64,000 nt of DNA from assembly GCA_946182825.1 (NCBI GenBank), contig CAMGZH010000003.1:14051-78050 (forward strand), written 5' to 3'. Positions 9,529 through 19,106 of this stretch are shown piece after piece. The notes under the pieces are model-generated. The model was not told the origin of the DNA, made no database searches, and worked only from the letters and a program-made list of their open reading frames with translations. The DNA is from an uncultured Lachnospiraceae bacterium (lineage in GTDB: Bacteria; Bacillota; Clostridia; Lachnospirales; Lachnospiraceae). The stretch's first letter is position 1. Every line of letters begins with the position of its first letter. The position numbers and the translations under genes are program-made.

Positions 9529-11070
9529 TTATTTCTTAATAAGTAATGACTCTCCGGTCATCTCTGCCGGCTTCTCCATGCCCATCAGTTCGATCATAGT
9601 CGGAACGATATCACAAAGACGTCCTTCCTCCTTTAATCCGTAGGAAGGATCTGCGTTTACCAAAATGAATGGAACCGGATTGGTTGTATGAGCAGTCCAT
9701 GGCTCACCTGTCTCGTAATCAAGCATCTGCTCGCAGTTACCATGGTCGGCACAGATAAACATAACGCCGTCCATCTCCTTAAGGGCCTCAACAGCCTTAC
9801 CTACACAGGCATCCACTGTCTCCACAGCCTTAACTGCAGCATCAATCACGCCGGTATGACCAACCATATCCGGATTAGCGAAATTACATACAATAACATC
9901 GTAATTACCGGAACGGATCGCATCTGTTAACTTATCGCAAACCTCCGGAGCGCTCATCTCCGGCTGAAGATCATAGGTAGCAACCTTTGGGGACTTAACG
10001 AGAATACGGTCCTCACCCTTGTTTGGCTCCTCTACTCCGCCATTGAAGAAGAAGGTAACATGAGCATACTTCTCAGTCTCTGCAATACGAGCCTGTGTCA
10101 TGCCATGGTTCGCAAGGAACTCACCAAATGTGTTGGTAAGCTCAACCTTCTTGAATGCAACGAATTTATTTGGGATGGTAGCGTCATACTCTGTAAAGGT
10201 TACAAAGGTAACGTCCTTACGTGCGCCACGATCAAATCCATCAAAATCATCCGCGCAGAAAGTTCTGGTGATCTCTCTTGCACGGTCCGGTCTGAAGTTG
10301 AAGAATACAACAGAATCTCCGTCATTGATTGTAGCAACAGGTGCTCCATTCTCCTCAATGATTGTAGGAAGAACGAACTCATCTGTCTTCTCATCTGCGT
10401 AAGAAGCCTTGATGGCATCAGCAGCGGATGCAGCCTTATTACCCTCACCCTTGGTCAGAGCATTGTAAGCCAAAGCCACACGATCCCAACGGTTGTCACG
10501 ATCCATTGCATAGTAACGACCATGGATGGAAGCGATCTTACCTACACCGATCTCCTTCATCTTCTCTTCAAGTTCAGCAAGGAAGCCCTCACCTGATGTT
10601 GGAGCTGTGTCACGACCATCAAGGAAAGCATGAACGTAAACCTTGTCTACGCCCTCTTTCTTCGCCATATTCAAAAGACCGTAAAGATGAGAATTATGAG
10701 AATGCACACCACCGCTGGATAATAATCCGAAGAAATGTACAGCGCTGTCCTTCTCCTTAGCATTGGCAAAGGCCTTCTTTAACTCTTCATTGTCGTAGAA
10801 TGTTCCGTCCTCGATCTCCTTTGTGATACGAGTCAGCTCCTGGTATACAATGCGACCGGCACCCATGTTCATGTGTCCAACCTCAGAGTTACCCATCTGA
10901 CCGTCCGGAAGTCCAACAGAAAGACCGCTGGCCAATCCGCGAACACATGGATAATCCTTCATTAAGCCGTCAAGTACAGGCTTGTTTGCTGCAGCAACTG
11001 CATTTGCCTTAGGATTATCGTTGATACCAAATCCATCAAGAATCATAAGAACTACTGGTTTCTTTGCCAT
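9529..11070 (-). CDS. gpmI: 2,3-bisphosphoglycerate-independent phosphoglycerate mutase
   Basis: 513 aa. The N-terminus PVVLMILDGFG and the motif NSEVGHMNMGAGR are typical of iPGM. Confidence 0.95.
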   Translation of the reverse strand: MAKKPVVLMILDGFGINDNPKANAVAAANKPVLDGLMKDYPCVRGLASGLSVGLPDGQMGNSEVGHMNMGAGRIVYQELTRITKEIEDGTFYDNEELKKAFANAKEKDSAVHFFGLLSSGGVHSHNSHLYGLLNMAKKEGVDKVYVHAFLDGRDTAPTSGEGFLAELEEKMKEIGVGKIASIHGRYYAMDRDNRWDRVALAYNALTKGEGNKAASAADAIKASYADEKTDEFVLPTIIEENGAPVATINDGDSVVFFNFRPDRAREITRTFCADDFDGFDRGARKDVTFVTFTEYDATIPNKFVAFKKVELTNTFGEFLANHGMTQARIAETEKYAHVTFFFNGGVEEPNKGEDRILVKSPKVATYDLQPEMSAPEVCDKLTDAIRSGNYDVIVCNFANPDMVGHTGVIDAAVKAVETVDACVGKAVEALKEMDGVMFICADHGNCEQMLDYETGEPWTAHTTNPVPFILVNADPSYGLKEEGRLCDIVPTMIELMGMEKPAEMTGESLLIKK

Positions 11071-11166
11071 GATTTATCCTCCATTTAATTAGATCTAAAA
11101 CTCAAGCCATAAGATTATAGCATAGTTTCTGAAAAAATAAATTCCAAATATCAAGTTTTAGAATCC

Positions 11167-12588
11167 CTATTTTGTTGACACTTTGCCATTTTTCTTCAGG
11201 ACAGCGGTTTTTGATCTGTGATTCAGATCCCTTCGGATCCGCTTCGCCGAAGGATCCGTTCCCTTTAACAGCTTTGTTACATTATCAGAAAAGCGGCAGG
11301 GGTAAAAATACGGTCGTACCTTGGCATCCTTTGTGATCCGGATCTCGGCAAGACAACTGTCAAACGGCTTCTGGTGATTTTTCGTACTGGAAAAATAATA
11401 ATTACCGAGACTGTAATATACCGGGACGCCCTTTACATATTCAATGGTCTGCAGGCAGTGGGTATGCCCTCCGATGACAGCATCGGCCCCCGCCGCAACA
11501 AAGGCCTTTGCCAGGTGCTCCTGATCGTAGCCATAGTCCATACATCCTTCTGTTCCCCAGTGACAGATACAGATCACAACATCCGCATACCTTCGGGCTG
11601 TTTTGATGGCCTTGACATATTCAGTGGGATCCAGGCATTTCAACACTCCGGGACGATCCGGTCCGGCCGCCTTTGTATAGTTGTAACTTCGTTCGATCTG
11701 CGTCGCAGCCAAAATGGCCACCGTCTGTCCGTTTACAATGACATACCTTGCCTTTTTGGCCTCATTGATATTCTTTCCTGCACCGATGTAGGGAACCTTT
11801 GCCTTTTTCAAGGCCGAAAGTGTCGATAAGAATCCTTTCCTGCCGTAATCATAGACATGATTGTTGGCAAGGCTTACCAGATCCACCCCGATGCCGAATA
11901 AAAGGTTTGCCCGGTCCGGATCTCCCCGGAAGGTAAAGGTCTTGCCCTTTAACGGAGCACTATCCCCGGCACGACCATAGCTAAACTCATTGTTGACCAC
12001 AAAATAGTCTGCCTTTCGCATCTTATGAATCAGCTCCTGGTTAAAACCGTTGGCAAGATGATTGGGCGACCTGTCGATATATGCCGTAGTCGAAATATGC
12101 TCCGCCAGATTCAGATCCCCGCTGAACAAAAAACTGGCATAGGAAGAACGGTTGGTCTCGATCTCTGTTACAGAATTCGTAGGATACGTCTTTTTCTTTT
12201 TTGCCTTCAGATAATCCAGGTAGAGGGTATGAATGGTTCGCCCCGTACTGTTTTTCCAGACACCAGGATCATCAAAAATCCCATTTGCCGAAAGGGCATT
12301 CAGCGCCTCGTCCCCATAGGTATCTTCAAACCAAAGGTAAAAATCCTCCGTTAACCGGTGTCCGCCGAAAAAGGCTTTGCTGCCTTCGGCATTGATGGTT
12401 TTTGCAGCCTCCTTTGTACCTTTGTGCAGCCGTTCCACCGAAAGGGGCTGCCCATTTGCTTCCTGTTCTGTTTTCACTGCTTTCTTTGGCACAAGATCTC
12501 CGGAGGTTACCGATGCCTTGACCCCGCAGCCACACAAAGCGGTTGCTAAAAGCAGCACCGCCATCATCCCCGTTTGTCTCTTTATCAT
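11167..12588 (-). CDS. CapA-family (PGA_cap metallophosphatase-like) lipoprotein
   Basis: Lipobox LLATALCGCG, plus the motifs GDLNLAEH, SLANNHVYDYG, HWGTEG and GGHTHCLQ. No capB or capC nearby. Confidence 0.75.
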   Translation of the reverse strand: MIKRQTGMMAVLLLATALCGCGVKASVTSGDLVPKKAVKTEQEANGQPLSVERLHKGTKEAAKTINAEGSKAFFGGHRLTEDFYLWFEDTYGDEALNALSANGIFDDPGVWKNSTGRTIHTLYLDYLKAKKKKTYPTNSVTEIETNRSSYASFLFSGDLNLAEHISTTAYIDRSPNHLANGFNQELIHKMRKADYFVVNNEFSYGRAGDSAPLKGKTFTFRGDPDRANLLFGIGVDLVSLANNHVYDYGRKGFLSTLSALKKAKVPYIGAGKNINEAKKARYVIVNGQTVAILAATQIERSYNYTKAAGPDRPGVLKCLDPTEYVKAIKTARRYADVVICICHWGTEGCMDYGYDQEHLAKAFVAAGADAVIGGHTHCLQTIEYVKGVPVYYSLGNYYFSSTKNHQKPFDSCLAEIRITKDAKVRPYFYPCRFSDNVTKLLKGTDPSAKRIRRDLNHRSKTAVLKKNGKVSTK

Positions 12589-12614
12589 AATCCCCTCTTT
12601 TATTAACGCAAGAA

Positions 12615-12647
12615 TCCCTGTCCGAAGGCAGTTGCCTCGGGCAGGGA
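12615..12647 (-). terminator. Stem-loop after the SEC-C gene, a probable terminator
   Basis: TCCCTGTCCGA(A)GGCA pairs with TGCCTCGGGCAGGGA. The trailing T-tract on the minus strand is only moderate. Confidence 0.45.
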
Positions 12648-12669
12648 CAATATTCAGATCTATAAAATC

Positions 12670-13194
12670 TTACAGTTCAAGTGCAGGTGCACCCTTCTTA
12701 CCGTGGCACATCTTATACTTCTTACCACTACCGCATGGACATGGATCGTTACGGCCGATCTTCTTACCTACATGAACGGTTCCAGACTTCTTCTGCTCTA
12801 AGTATAACTCTCTCTGCGTCTCCTTATCGAAGATCGCATCCCACTCAGGAAGACCGTAGAGCCAGTCTGCTCTTGCGTCTACCATGTTCATGTAAAGCTT
12901 CTTATTATCGAAATCCAAAGAGACCTCTGTGTCCTCTTCCATGGTATCGATTGGATTAGCTTTAACAAGGCTATCGTTGATGCCATCAAGGAAACCGGCC
13001 ATCTCAAGTGTTGTAAGGCCAAAGGTCTCAGCCAGTGCCTTAACAGTTCCGGAATATGGCTTGTCCGGAGTCTTTAAGAGCTGTGCGTAGACATCTCTTT
13101 CTTTTACAAAATAATCATCCCAAAAACGCTGCAGGCTGTTACGATCCTGCTTCTCGTTATAGGCAACTGCTTTCCACTCATCAAGTAATGACAT
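12670..13194 (-). CDS. SEC-C metal-binding-motif protein
   Basis: C-terminal [20 protein letters not shown]. The N-terminal domain is uncharacterised. Confidence 0.8.
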   Translation of the reverse strand: MSLLDEWKAVAYNEKQDRNSLQRFWDDYFVKERDVYAQLLKTPDKPYSGTVKALAETFGLTTLEMAGFLDGINDSLVKANPIDTMEEDTEVSLDFDNKKLYMNMVDARADWLYGLPEWDAIFDKETQRELYLEQKKSGTVHVGKKIGRNDPCPCGSGKKYKMCHGKKGAPALEL

Positions 13195-13375
13195 AATTAT
13201 CTCACCCTTTTTCTTAAATTATCTTGGTACCATTGTAATAGCACAACGCTATCACACATTGATAAAGTATATCAAACTACATATAATTTGACAACGTTCT
13301 CTTTCTCTCTTACCATAAAACAGACCCCTCCGGAAAGGACCGGTGGAACAAAGGAACAGAAAGGAACAATACTCA

Positions 13376-13627
13376 ATGAAAAAAATCCGTCAGATCCTTG
13401 CACTCTGCGGCATCCTTTTTCTGGTTGCCCTATATGTGTGCACGCTAATTTTTGCTCTTATTGATGACCCCCATACCTTCACGCTTCTTCGCGGGGCAAT
13501 CGGGGCCACCATCATCATTCCCGTTATGCTCTGGGTCATCGGCATCTTCTTAAAGATCGGAAAACCGGAGAACTTACCTTCTTCTTCTGACAACACAGAT
13601 GACGATTCCGCAGAGGATCAAAAGTAA
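13376..13627 (+). CDS. Small hypothetical membrane protein (83 aa, two TM segments, acidic tail)
   Basis: Start at MKKIRQILALCGILFLVALYV. Its 3' end overlaps the convergent gene by 54 nt. No recognisable family. Confidence 0.45.
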   Translation: MKKIRQILALCGILFLVALYVCTLIFALIDDPHTFTLLRGAIGATIIIPVMLWVIGIFLKIGKPENLPSSSDNTDDDSAEDQK

Positions 13628-15724
13628 CGGAAGGGCCACACCCATCAGAAGACCAAACATTCGAAAGGCAGCTGCATTGACGGTCAACGTTTGTGTATTT
13701 AACATCTTGACCGGAACTGTAACTGTCTTTTTGCTATCCACTTCCGGCAGAAGGTAGCTTATCACATTGCCAAACAAGGTTGCATTTCTTCCAGATACCT
13801 GCTGGTTCATCTCATCGGTAAAGGCGTAGGCAGAACCAAAGACTGCCACAGCTCCCTTCTTTTTGTTTTCTGCAATCACAGCCAGATCGAAAGGACCGCT
13901 TTCATCCTGTGCTTCCTTTTGAATCGAAGTGTTCGCATTGGAAAGAGCCTCGGAAAGTTTCTCCTGATCCGCATAATCCTTTTTAACCACAGCCTTTTTG
14001 GTGGTTTTGATCAGGTGCGTCAAAGTGATCCCGCTCTTCTTTTCCGTCTTAAATCCAAGGGAAAGAGGCATAAATACCTGCATTTCTCCACTGACATCGG
14101 TTGTGGCATCCGTCGTCTCTACCTTCGGCAGGATGAAGAAATTACTCTGGTAATAGTGATCATCATCCATTTCTGCCACAGCTCCCTTTGTCACCTGAAT
14201 TCCCATGTCAGAAAGGAAGTTCTGCAAATTCTCCAGTCCCTCCGTCTTCATAAGGTCAAGGGCCGCAAAGACACGTCCGCCTTTCTTCACATAGGCCTTC
14301 AGCTTCTTCACATCATCCTTGGAAAGATCGCTTTGCGGTGCAAAGATCACCACGGCAGAGGCATCCTTTGGAACCGCATCTTCCTTCAGGAAATTCAATG
14401 ACTTTGTCTGAGCGTTCTGTTTTACCACCACCTTTGTAAAGGTATCCGACAGCGTGCTCTCATCGTGCCCGGTCAAAAGGTAGACCGTTGCAAGCTTTTC
14501 CTGTCCAAGGTAGTTGACCGCTGATGTGATCTGACCTTCAATATCATAGCCCACAAGCTGGGTCTGATAGGTGGAGGAATCCACCTGGGTCTGGTACATA
14601 TCCATAGCAGCAATGATCTTCGTTCTGTCACCGCTTACAAGGATCAGACTTCCCGTATCCAGCGAACTGTCGGTATACTTTGCAACAAAGGTCGGATTTT
14701 TATTCACATCGATATACTTTACGGTAATGTGAGAGCTGTTTTCCGCGTACTGCTCCAGGGTCTTTTTCAATACGATCTCATAGTCGCTTGTCAAATCGCT
14801 CTTCTTAGCCAGACAGTAGATCGTGATATCCTGCTTCAAACCCGAAAGAACCGTTTGGGTCTTATCCGTTAATGTATAGTACTTTTTGGTGGTAAGATCC
14901 AGCTCGGCATATTTGGACGGTACCTTTGTCATGGCAAAATTAGCTCCTACGGCGCACACCAGAACACAAAGGATCGTAAGTCCCGAAAAGACCGACAGAG
15001 ACAGTCTCTTTTTCGAAATGGTATATCTTCTTTTTAAAATGATCTGCGCTGTAAAAAACAGGGCAAGAACAATTACCGTAAGATAATATACGATATGCCG
15101 GAAAGACAGGCTGCCTGTCAGGAAATCCTGAAGGGGTGTCAAAAAGTCATACCATCCCAGAAGATTGACCAGAAGGGTATTTCCTGAAAACTGTCCCGCC
15201 AGGGATCCTGAAATAAATCCGACAAAGATCATAACAAAGGAAACAATGGCTGCGATCAGCACATTATCGGTTAAAGCGGAAGCAAAAAGTCCCACCGCAA
15301 GAACCGTTGCTCCATACAGGAAAAATCCAAACAACGCCGTGTAATTTTCCTTCATGGACACCTGACCGTAGATCCTCAGAATCCATGGAGAGACCGCCAT
15401 GAACACTACCGGGATCAGGTATGTGCAAAGAAGGGCAAGGTACTTGCCAAGGACGATCCTTCCCACAGAGACCGGAGAAGTCATAGTAAGCTGATCCACC
15501 TTGTCACGCCGCTCCTGGGCAAATATTTTCATTGTAAGTACCGGAACGGTAATCAGGAACGCAAAGGTGATGCTGTTCAGGGAATAGGAAATGGTCGGAA
15601 CTCCCTGCAGCAGACAGTACAAAGAAAAGTACAGTCCAAACAATCCCATGGTAATTCCAAGGAACAGCCAGCCTGTTATTCCTCTGAAAAAGGATAAAAA
15701 TTCCCTCTTAAATATGGCCCTCAT
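13574..15724 (-). CDS. Fused ABC-2-type permease and GldG-like extracytoplasmic-domain protein
   Basis: 716 aa. The N-terminal ~230 aa are polytopic (ABC-2/GldF-like), followed by a ~450-aa soluble domain, a C-terminal TM segment and RRRR. ATGA start/stop overlap with the upstream ATPase gene. Confidence 0.7.
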   Translation of the reverse strand: MRAIFKREFLSFFRGITGWLFLGITMGLFGLYFSLYCLLQGVPTISYSLNSITFAFLITVPVLTMKIFAQERRDKVDQLTMTSPVSVGRIVLGKYLALLCTYLIPVVFMAVSPWILRIYGQVSMKENYTALFGFFLYGATVLAVGLFASALTDNVLIAAIVSFVMIFVGFISGSLAGQFSGNTLLVNLLGWYDFLTPLQDFLTGSLSFRHIVYYLTVIVLALFFTAQIILKRRYTISKKRLSLSVFSGLTILCVLVCAVGANFAMTKVPSKYAELDLTTKKYYTLTDKTQTVLSGLKQDITIYCLAKKSDLTSDYEIVLKKTLEQYAENSSHITVKYIDVNKNPTFVAKYTDSSLDTGSLILVSGDRTKIIAAMDMYQTQVDSSTYQTQLVGYDIEGQITSAVNYLGQEKLATVYLLTGHDESTLSDTFTKVVVKQNAQTKSLNFLKEDAVPKDASAVVIFAPQSDLSKDDVKKLKAYVKKGGRVFAALDLMKTEGLENLQNFLSDMGIQVTKGAVAEMDDDHYYQSNFFILPKVETTDATTDVSGEMQVFMPLSLGFKTEKKSGITLTHLIKTTKKAVVKKDYADQEKLSEALSNANTSIQKEAQDESGPFDLAVIAENKKKGAVAVFGSAYAFTDEMNQQVSGRNATLFGNVISYLLPEVDSKKTVTVPVKMLNTQTLTVNAAAFRMFGLLMGVALPLLLILCGIVICVVRRRR

Positions 15725-16566
15725 GACTTGCTCTCCCTGCCTTTCTCTTCTATTGTCCTGTCTTCTTCATCTGCATCCTTTGGCGTTTCCTTTTCCTCTT
15801 CCCCGCCAAAGTCTTCTTCCAACGTGTCTTCATCCGCCTCTAAATCTTCCTCATGTTCCTGTTCCGTCAGTTCAAGGAATACATCCTCCAGGGATTCCTG
15901 GTGTTCATCCAAAAGATGTTCGGTGGAATCCGAAAGGACCAGCTTGCCTCCGGAAATGATCAGAACATGGTCACAGACCTCTTCGATTTCACTTAAAATA
16001 TGAGAACTCAAGATCACAAGATGATCTTTTTTCAGATCCAGGATCATTTCCCGCATCTGCCGGATCTGTCTCGGATCAAGTCCGGCCGTAGGCTCATCCA
16101 AAATAATGATCTCCGGATCACCGATGATGGCCTGGGCAAATCCCACCCTTTGACGATAACCCTTGGAAAGGTTTTTGATCAGGCGATTAGCCACCGGCTC
16201 CACCGCGGTCTTTTTCATGATTTCTGTCACTGCCTTTTTTCTTTTTCCTCGCGGGATCTTTCTCAATTCTGCCACAAAGATAAGATATTCCTTTACGGTC
16301 ATATCAGGATAAAGCGGAGGGACCTCCGGCATATAGCCAATCTTTCCTTTTATCTTTGCCGGATGCTTCTGCAGATCCATCTCATTCACCAGGATCTCTC
16401 CTGAGGTAGGCGCAATATATCCGGTAAGCATATTCATGGTCGTGGATTTTCCCGCTCCGTTGGGTCCGAGGAGTCCTAAGATTTCTCCACGATCTGCTGT
16501 AAAGCTCAGTCCACAAACAGCCGTCTGTTTTCCATATCGCTTTACAAGATTCGTTACTTCTAACAC
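15721..16566 (-). CDS. ABC transporter ATP-binding protein with a long acidic C-terminal tail
   Basis: Walker A GPNGAGKST, signature LSKGYRQRV, Walker B IIILDEPTAGLD. Start re-picked as GTG at 16566, 6 nt after AAGGAGG. The ORF-track start at 16617 lies inside the purA terminator T-tract. Confidence 0.9.
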   Translation of the reverse strand: MLEVTNLVKRYGKQTAVCGLSFTADRGEILGLLGPNGAGKSTTMNMLTGYIAPTSGEILVNEMDLQKHPAKIKGKIGYMPEVPPLYPDMTVKEYLIFVAELRKIPRGKRKKAVTEIMKKTAVEPVANRLIKNLSKGYRQRVGFAQAIIGDPEIIILDEPTAGLDPRQIRQMREMILDLKKDHLVILSSHILSEIEEVCDHVLIISGGKLVLSDSTEHLLDEHQESLEDVFLELTEQEHEEDLEADEDTLEEDFGGEEEKETPKDADEEDRTIEEKGRESKS

Positions 16567-16614
16567 GTTTTTCCTCCTTACTAGTCCAGGCTTCTCTTCG
16601 TACTCTCTCAACAG

Positions 16615-16652
16615 CAAAAAAGCACAGTTTTTATTCTAAATAAAAACTGTGC
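16615..16652 (-). terminator. Rho-independent terminator after purA
   Basis: GCACAGTTTTTA pairs with TAAAAACTGTGC over 16622-16652, followed on the minus strand by TTTTTT. Confidence 0.8.
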
Positions 16653-16699
16653 CTCTTTTGTGTTAAAGTTGTGTTTATTTTGTGAACAAATTCTTCACT

Positions 16700-17995
16700 T
16701 TATTTCTTTAACGGGCTGTTACGATAAATGATATCGGTACGTGCAGGTCCGTTACTTACCATTGTGATCGGGTAACCTAACTGCTGCTCGATAAAGTTAA
16801 CATAGTCCTGTGCCTTCTGTGGAAGATCCTCGAACTTCTTGATGCCACGGATATCACACTTCCAACCCGGGAATACCTTATAGACAGGCTTGCAACGGGA
16901 AAGATCCTTTGTCACAGGGAACTCTGTGATCTCCTCGCCGTCCAGCTCGTAGGCAACACAAACCGGAATCTCATCCAGATATCCAAGGTCATCCAAAACA
17001 GTAAAGGCAACATCGGTACATCCCTGAAGTCTGCAACCATACTTACTTGCAACACAGTCATACCAGCCAACACGACGAGGACGACCTGTGGTAGCACCGT
17101 ACTCTCCGCCGTCTCCTCCGTGGTTACGAAGGGAAACCGCCTCATCTCCGAAGATCTCGGAAACGAACTCACCGGCTCCTACCGCAGAAGAATATGCCTT
17201 GGATACTACAACGATCTGCTTGATCTCATATGGAGGAATTCCGGCACCGATGGCACCATAGCCTGCGATTGGGGAAGAAGATGTAACCATTGGATAGATA
17301 CCGTGATCCGGATCCTTCATGGTTCCAAGCTGACCCTCTAAGAGAACCGTCTTACCCTCCTTGATGGCTCCGTCAAGATACAGGGAAACATTGCCGATGT
17401 ACTTCTTCACCTTGTCTCTTCTCTCCTTGATCCAGTTCAGAAGACCCTCCTGATCGATCGGATCCGTGTGATATAAGTTCACAAGGAGTGCGTCCTTGAT
17501 CTGAGCCACACGGGCGATCTTCTCACGCAGGACATCATCATCCTGGAAAAATTCATTGATCTGCCAACCGATCTTGGCAAACTTATCAGAATAGAAAGGC
17601 GCAATTCCGGACTTGGTAGATCCAAAGGACTTTCCAGCCAGACGTGCCTCCTCTAAAGAATCAAACTGTACATGATACGGCATCAGAACCTGAACGCGGT
17701 CAGAAACCATAAGCTGAGGAGCCGGAACTCCCTTGGACTCGATCTCGTTTAACTCATTGATAAACTTATCGATATCAAACGCAACACCATTACCGATAAT
17801 GTTCATGATATTCTGATGGAATACTCCGGAGGGCATAAGATGCAGAGCAAATTTACCATAATCATTCACAATGGTATGTCCTGCATTTGCACCACCCTGG
17901 AAACGAATCACAATGTCTGCAGAATCCGCTAAGGTATCTGTGATCTTACCCTTACCTTCATCTCCCCAGTTGGCTCCAACAACTGCTTTTACCAT
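16700..17995 (-). CDS. purA: Adenylosuccinate synthase
   Basis: 431 aa with the motifs GANWGDEGKGK and GGANAGHT. Confidence 0.96.
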   Translation of the reverse strand: MVKAVVGANWGDEGKGKITDTLADSADIVIRFQGGANAGHTIVNDYGKFALHLMPSGVFHQNIMNIIGNGVAFDIDKFINELNEIESKGVPAPQLMVSDRVQVLMPYHVQFDSLEEARLAGKSFGSTKSGIAPFYSDKFAKIGWQINEFFQDDDVLREKIARVAQIKDALLVNLYHTDPIDQEGLLNWIKERRDKVKKYIGNVSLYLDGAIKEGKTVLLEGQLGTMKDPDHGIYPMVTSSSPIAGYGAIGAGIPPYEIKQIVVVSKAYSSAVGAGEFVSEIFGDEAVSLRNHGGDGGEYGATTGRPRRVGWYDCVASKYGCRLQGCTDVAFTVLDDLGYLDEIPVCVAYELDGEEITEFPVTKDLSRCKPVYKVFPGWKCDIRGIKKFEDLPQKAQDYVNFIEQQLGYPITMVSNGPARTDIIYRNSPLKK

Positions 17996-18148
17996 AATTT
18001 ACCTCCTTCAACTAAATGAACAAAAAGATATACGATGGTCTTAAGGCTGCCTGGCCTTCTCCGCAGCTGCGGGATCCGCAATGTTATGGCAAATACTTTA
18101 AGACATCAGAAAGCCCCACGACATTTGCCATGGGACGATTTCTGCTAA

Positions 18149-19024
18149 TTAAATTTCCTTAAGGAAACTCTTTGAAATTGTAACAGCAAGAGATCCCGGT
18201 CCGATATGGCAGGCTACTACCATAGAAAGCGGATCGATGACCACCTGACGATTCGGATACAGCGATAAGAGCTCCTCACGGAGCTTCTCAGCCTCTACCT
18301 GATTATTGGTATGCGCAATGGACATAACAAGGTTGCTTCCGTCCGGATCCTCAAATCTCTCCTCGGCATCCTTCTTGATCGCATCCAAAAGGATCTGCTT
18401 CCCCTGCTTCATGGTACGCGCCATTGCAAACTTATCAAGCTTCTCTCCCTGGATCTGAAGAACCGGCTTGATATGAAGAAGGGATCCTACAGCAGCTGCT
18501 GCGGGAGTGATCCTTCCACCTCTCTTTAAGTACTTTAAAGTATCCACCATGATATAGATGGCGGACTCCTTCTTGTGCTCCTCAAGGTATTCCTTGATCT
18601 CTTCAGCACTCTTGCCCTCGTCAGCCAACGCCTTTGCTTCAAGGGCAGAAAGCTTCATTGTAACAGAGATTCTCTGGTTGTTGACAACAAAGACCTTTCC
18701 TTCAAACTCATCATCCTCTGCAAGCATGATGGCAGTTTCACATGATGAAGATAAGCCTGATGATAATGGAATGTACACAATCTCATCATACTCCTCCAAA
18801 AGCTCATGCCACTTGTCCATAACATCTCCCACCAAAGGCATGGAAGTGTGGATCTCGTGATCATCAGCCTGTAACTCATAGAACTTGTCATGATCTAGAT
18901 CAACGCTTTCATAGTAAAGCTTATCATCAATATAGAACGGAGTGGGAAGAACATAAACTCCCTTCTCCTTCGCTTCTTCTACTGTAAAACCGCTATTTGT
19001 ATCAGTTAAAATTGCTACGCTCAT
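18149..19024 (-). CDS. DegV-family fatty-acid-binding protein
   Basis: 291 aa with the N-terminus VAILTDTNSGF and DegV-like length and layout. Confidence 0.85.
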   Translation of the reverse strand: MSVAILTDTNSGFTVEEAKEKGVYVLPTPFYIDDKLYYESVDLDHDKFYELQADDHEIHTSMPLVGDVMDKWHELLEEYDEIVYIPLSSGLSSSCETAIMLAEDDEFEGKVFVVNNQRISVTMKLSALEAKALADEGKSAEEIKEYLEEHKKESAIYIMVDTLKYLKRGGRITPAAAAVGSLLHIKPVLQIQGEKLDKFAMARTMKQGKQILLDAIKKDAEERFEDPDGSNLVMSIAHTNNQVEAEKLREELLSLYPNRQVVIDPLSMVVACHIGPGSLAVTISKSFLKEI

Positions 19025-19106
19025 TAAAACTCCTCATACTTTCTTTGTGTTGACATTCGCCACACACAAAGGAGATTTTACCATATTTGATCCCATAGCA
19101 CAAACA

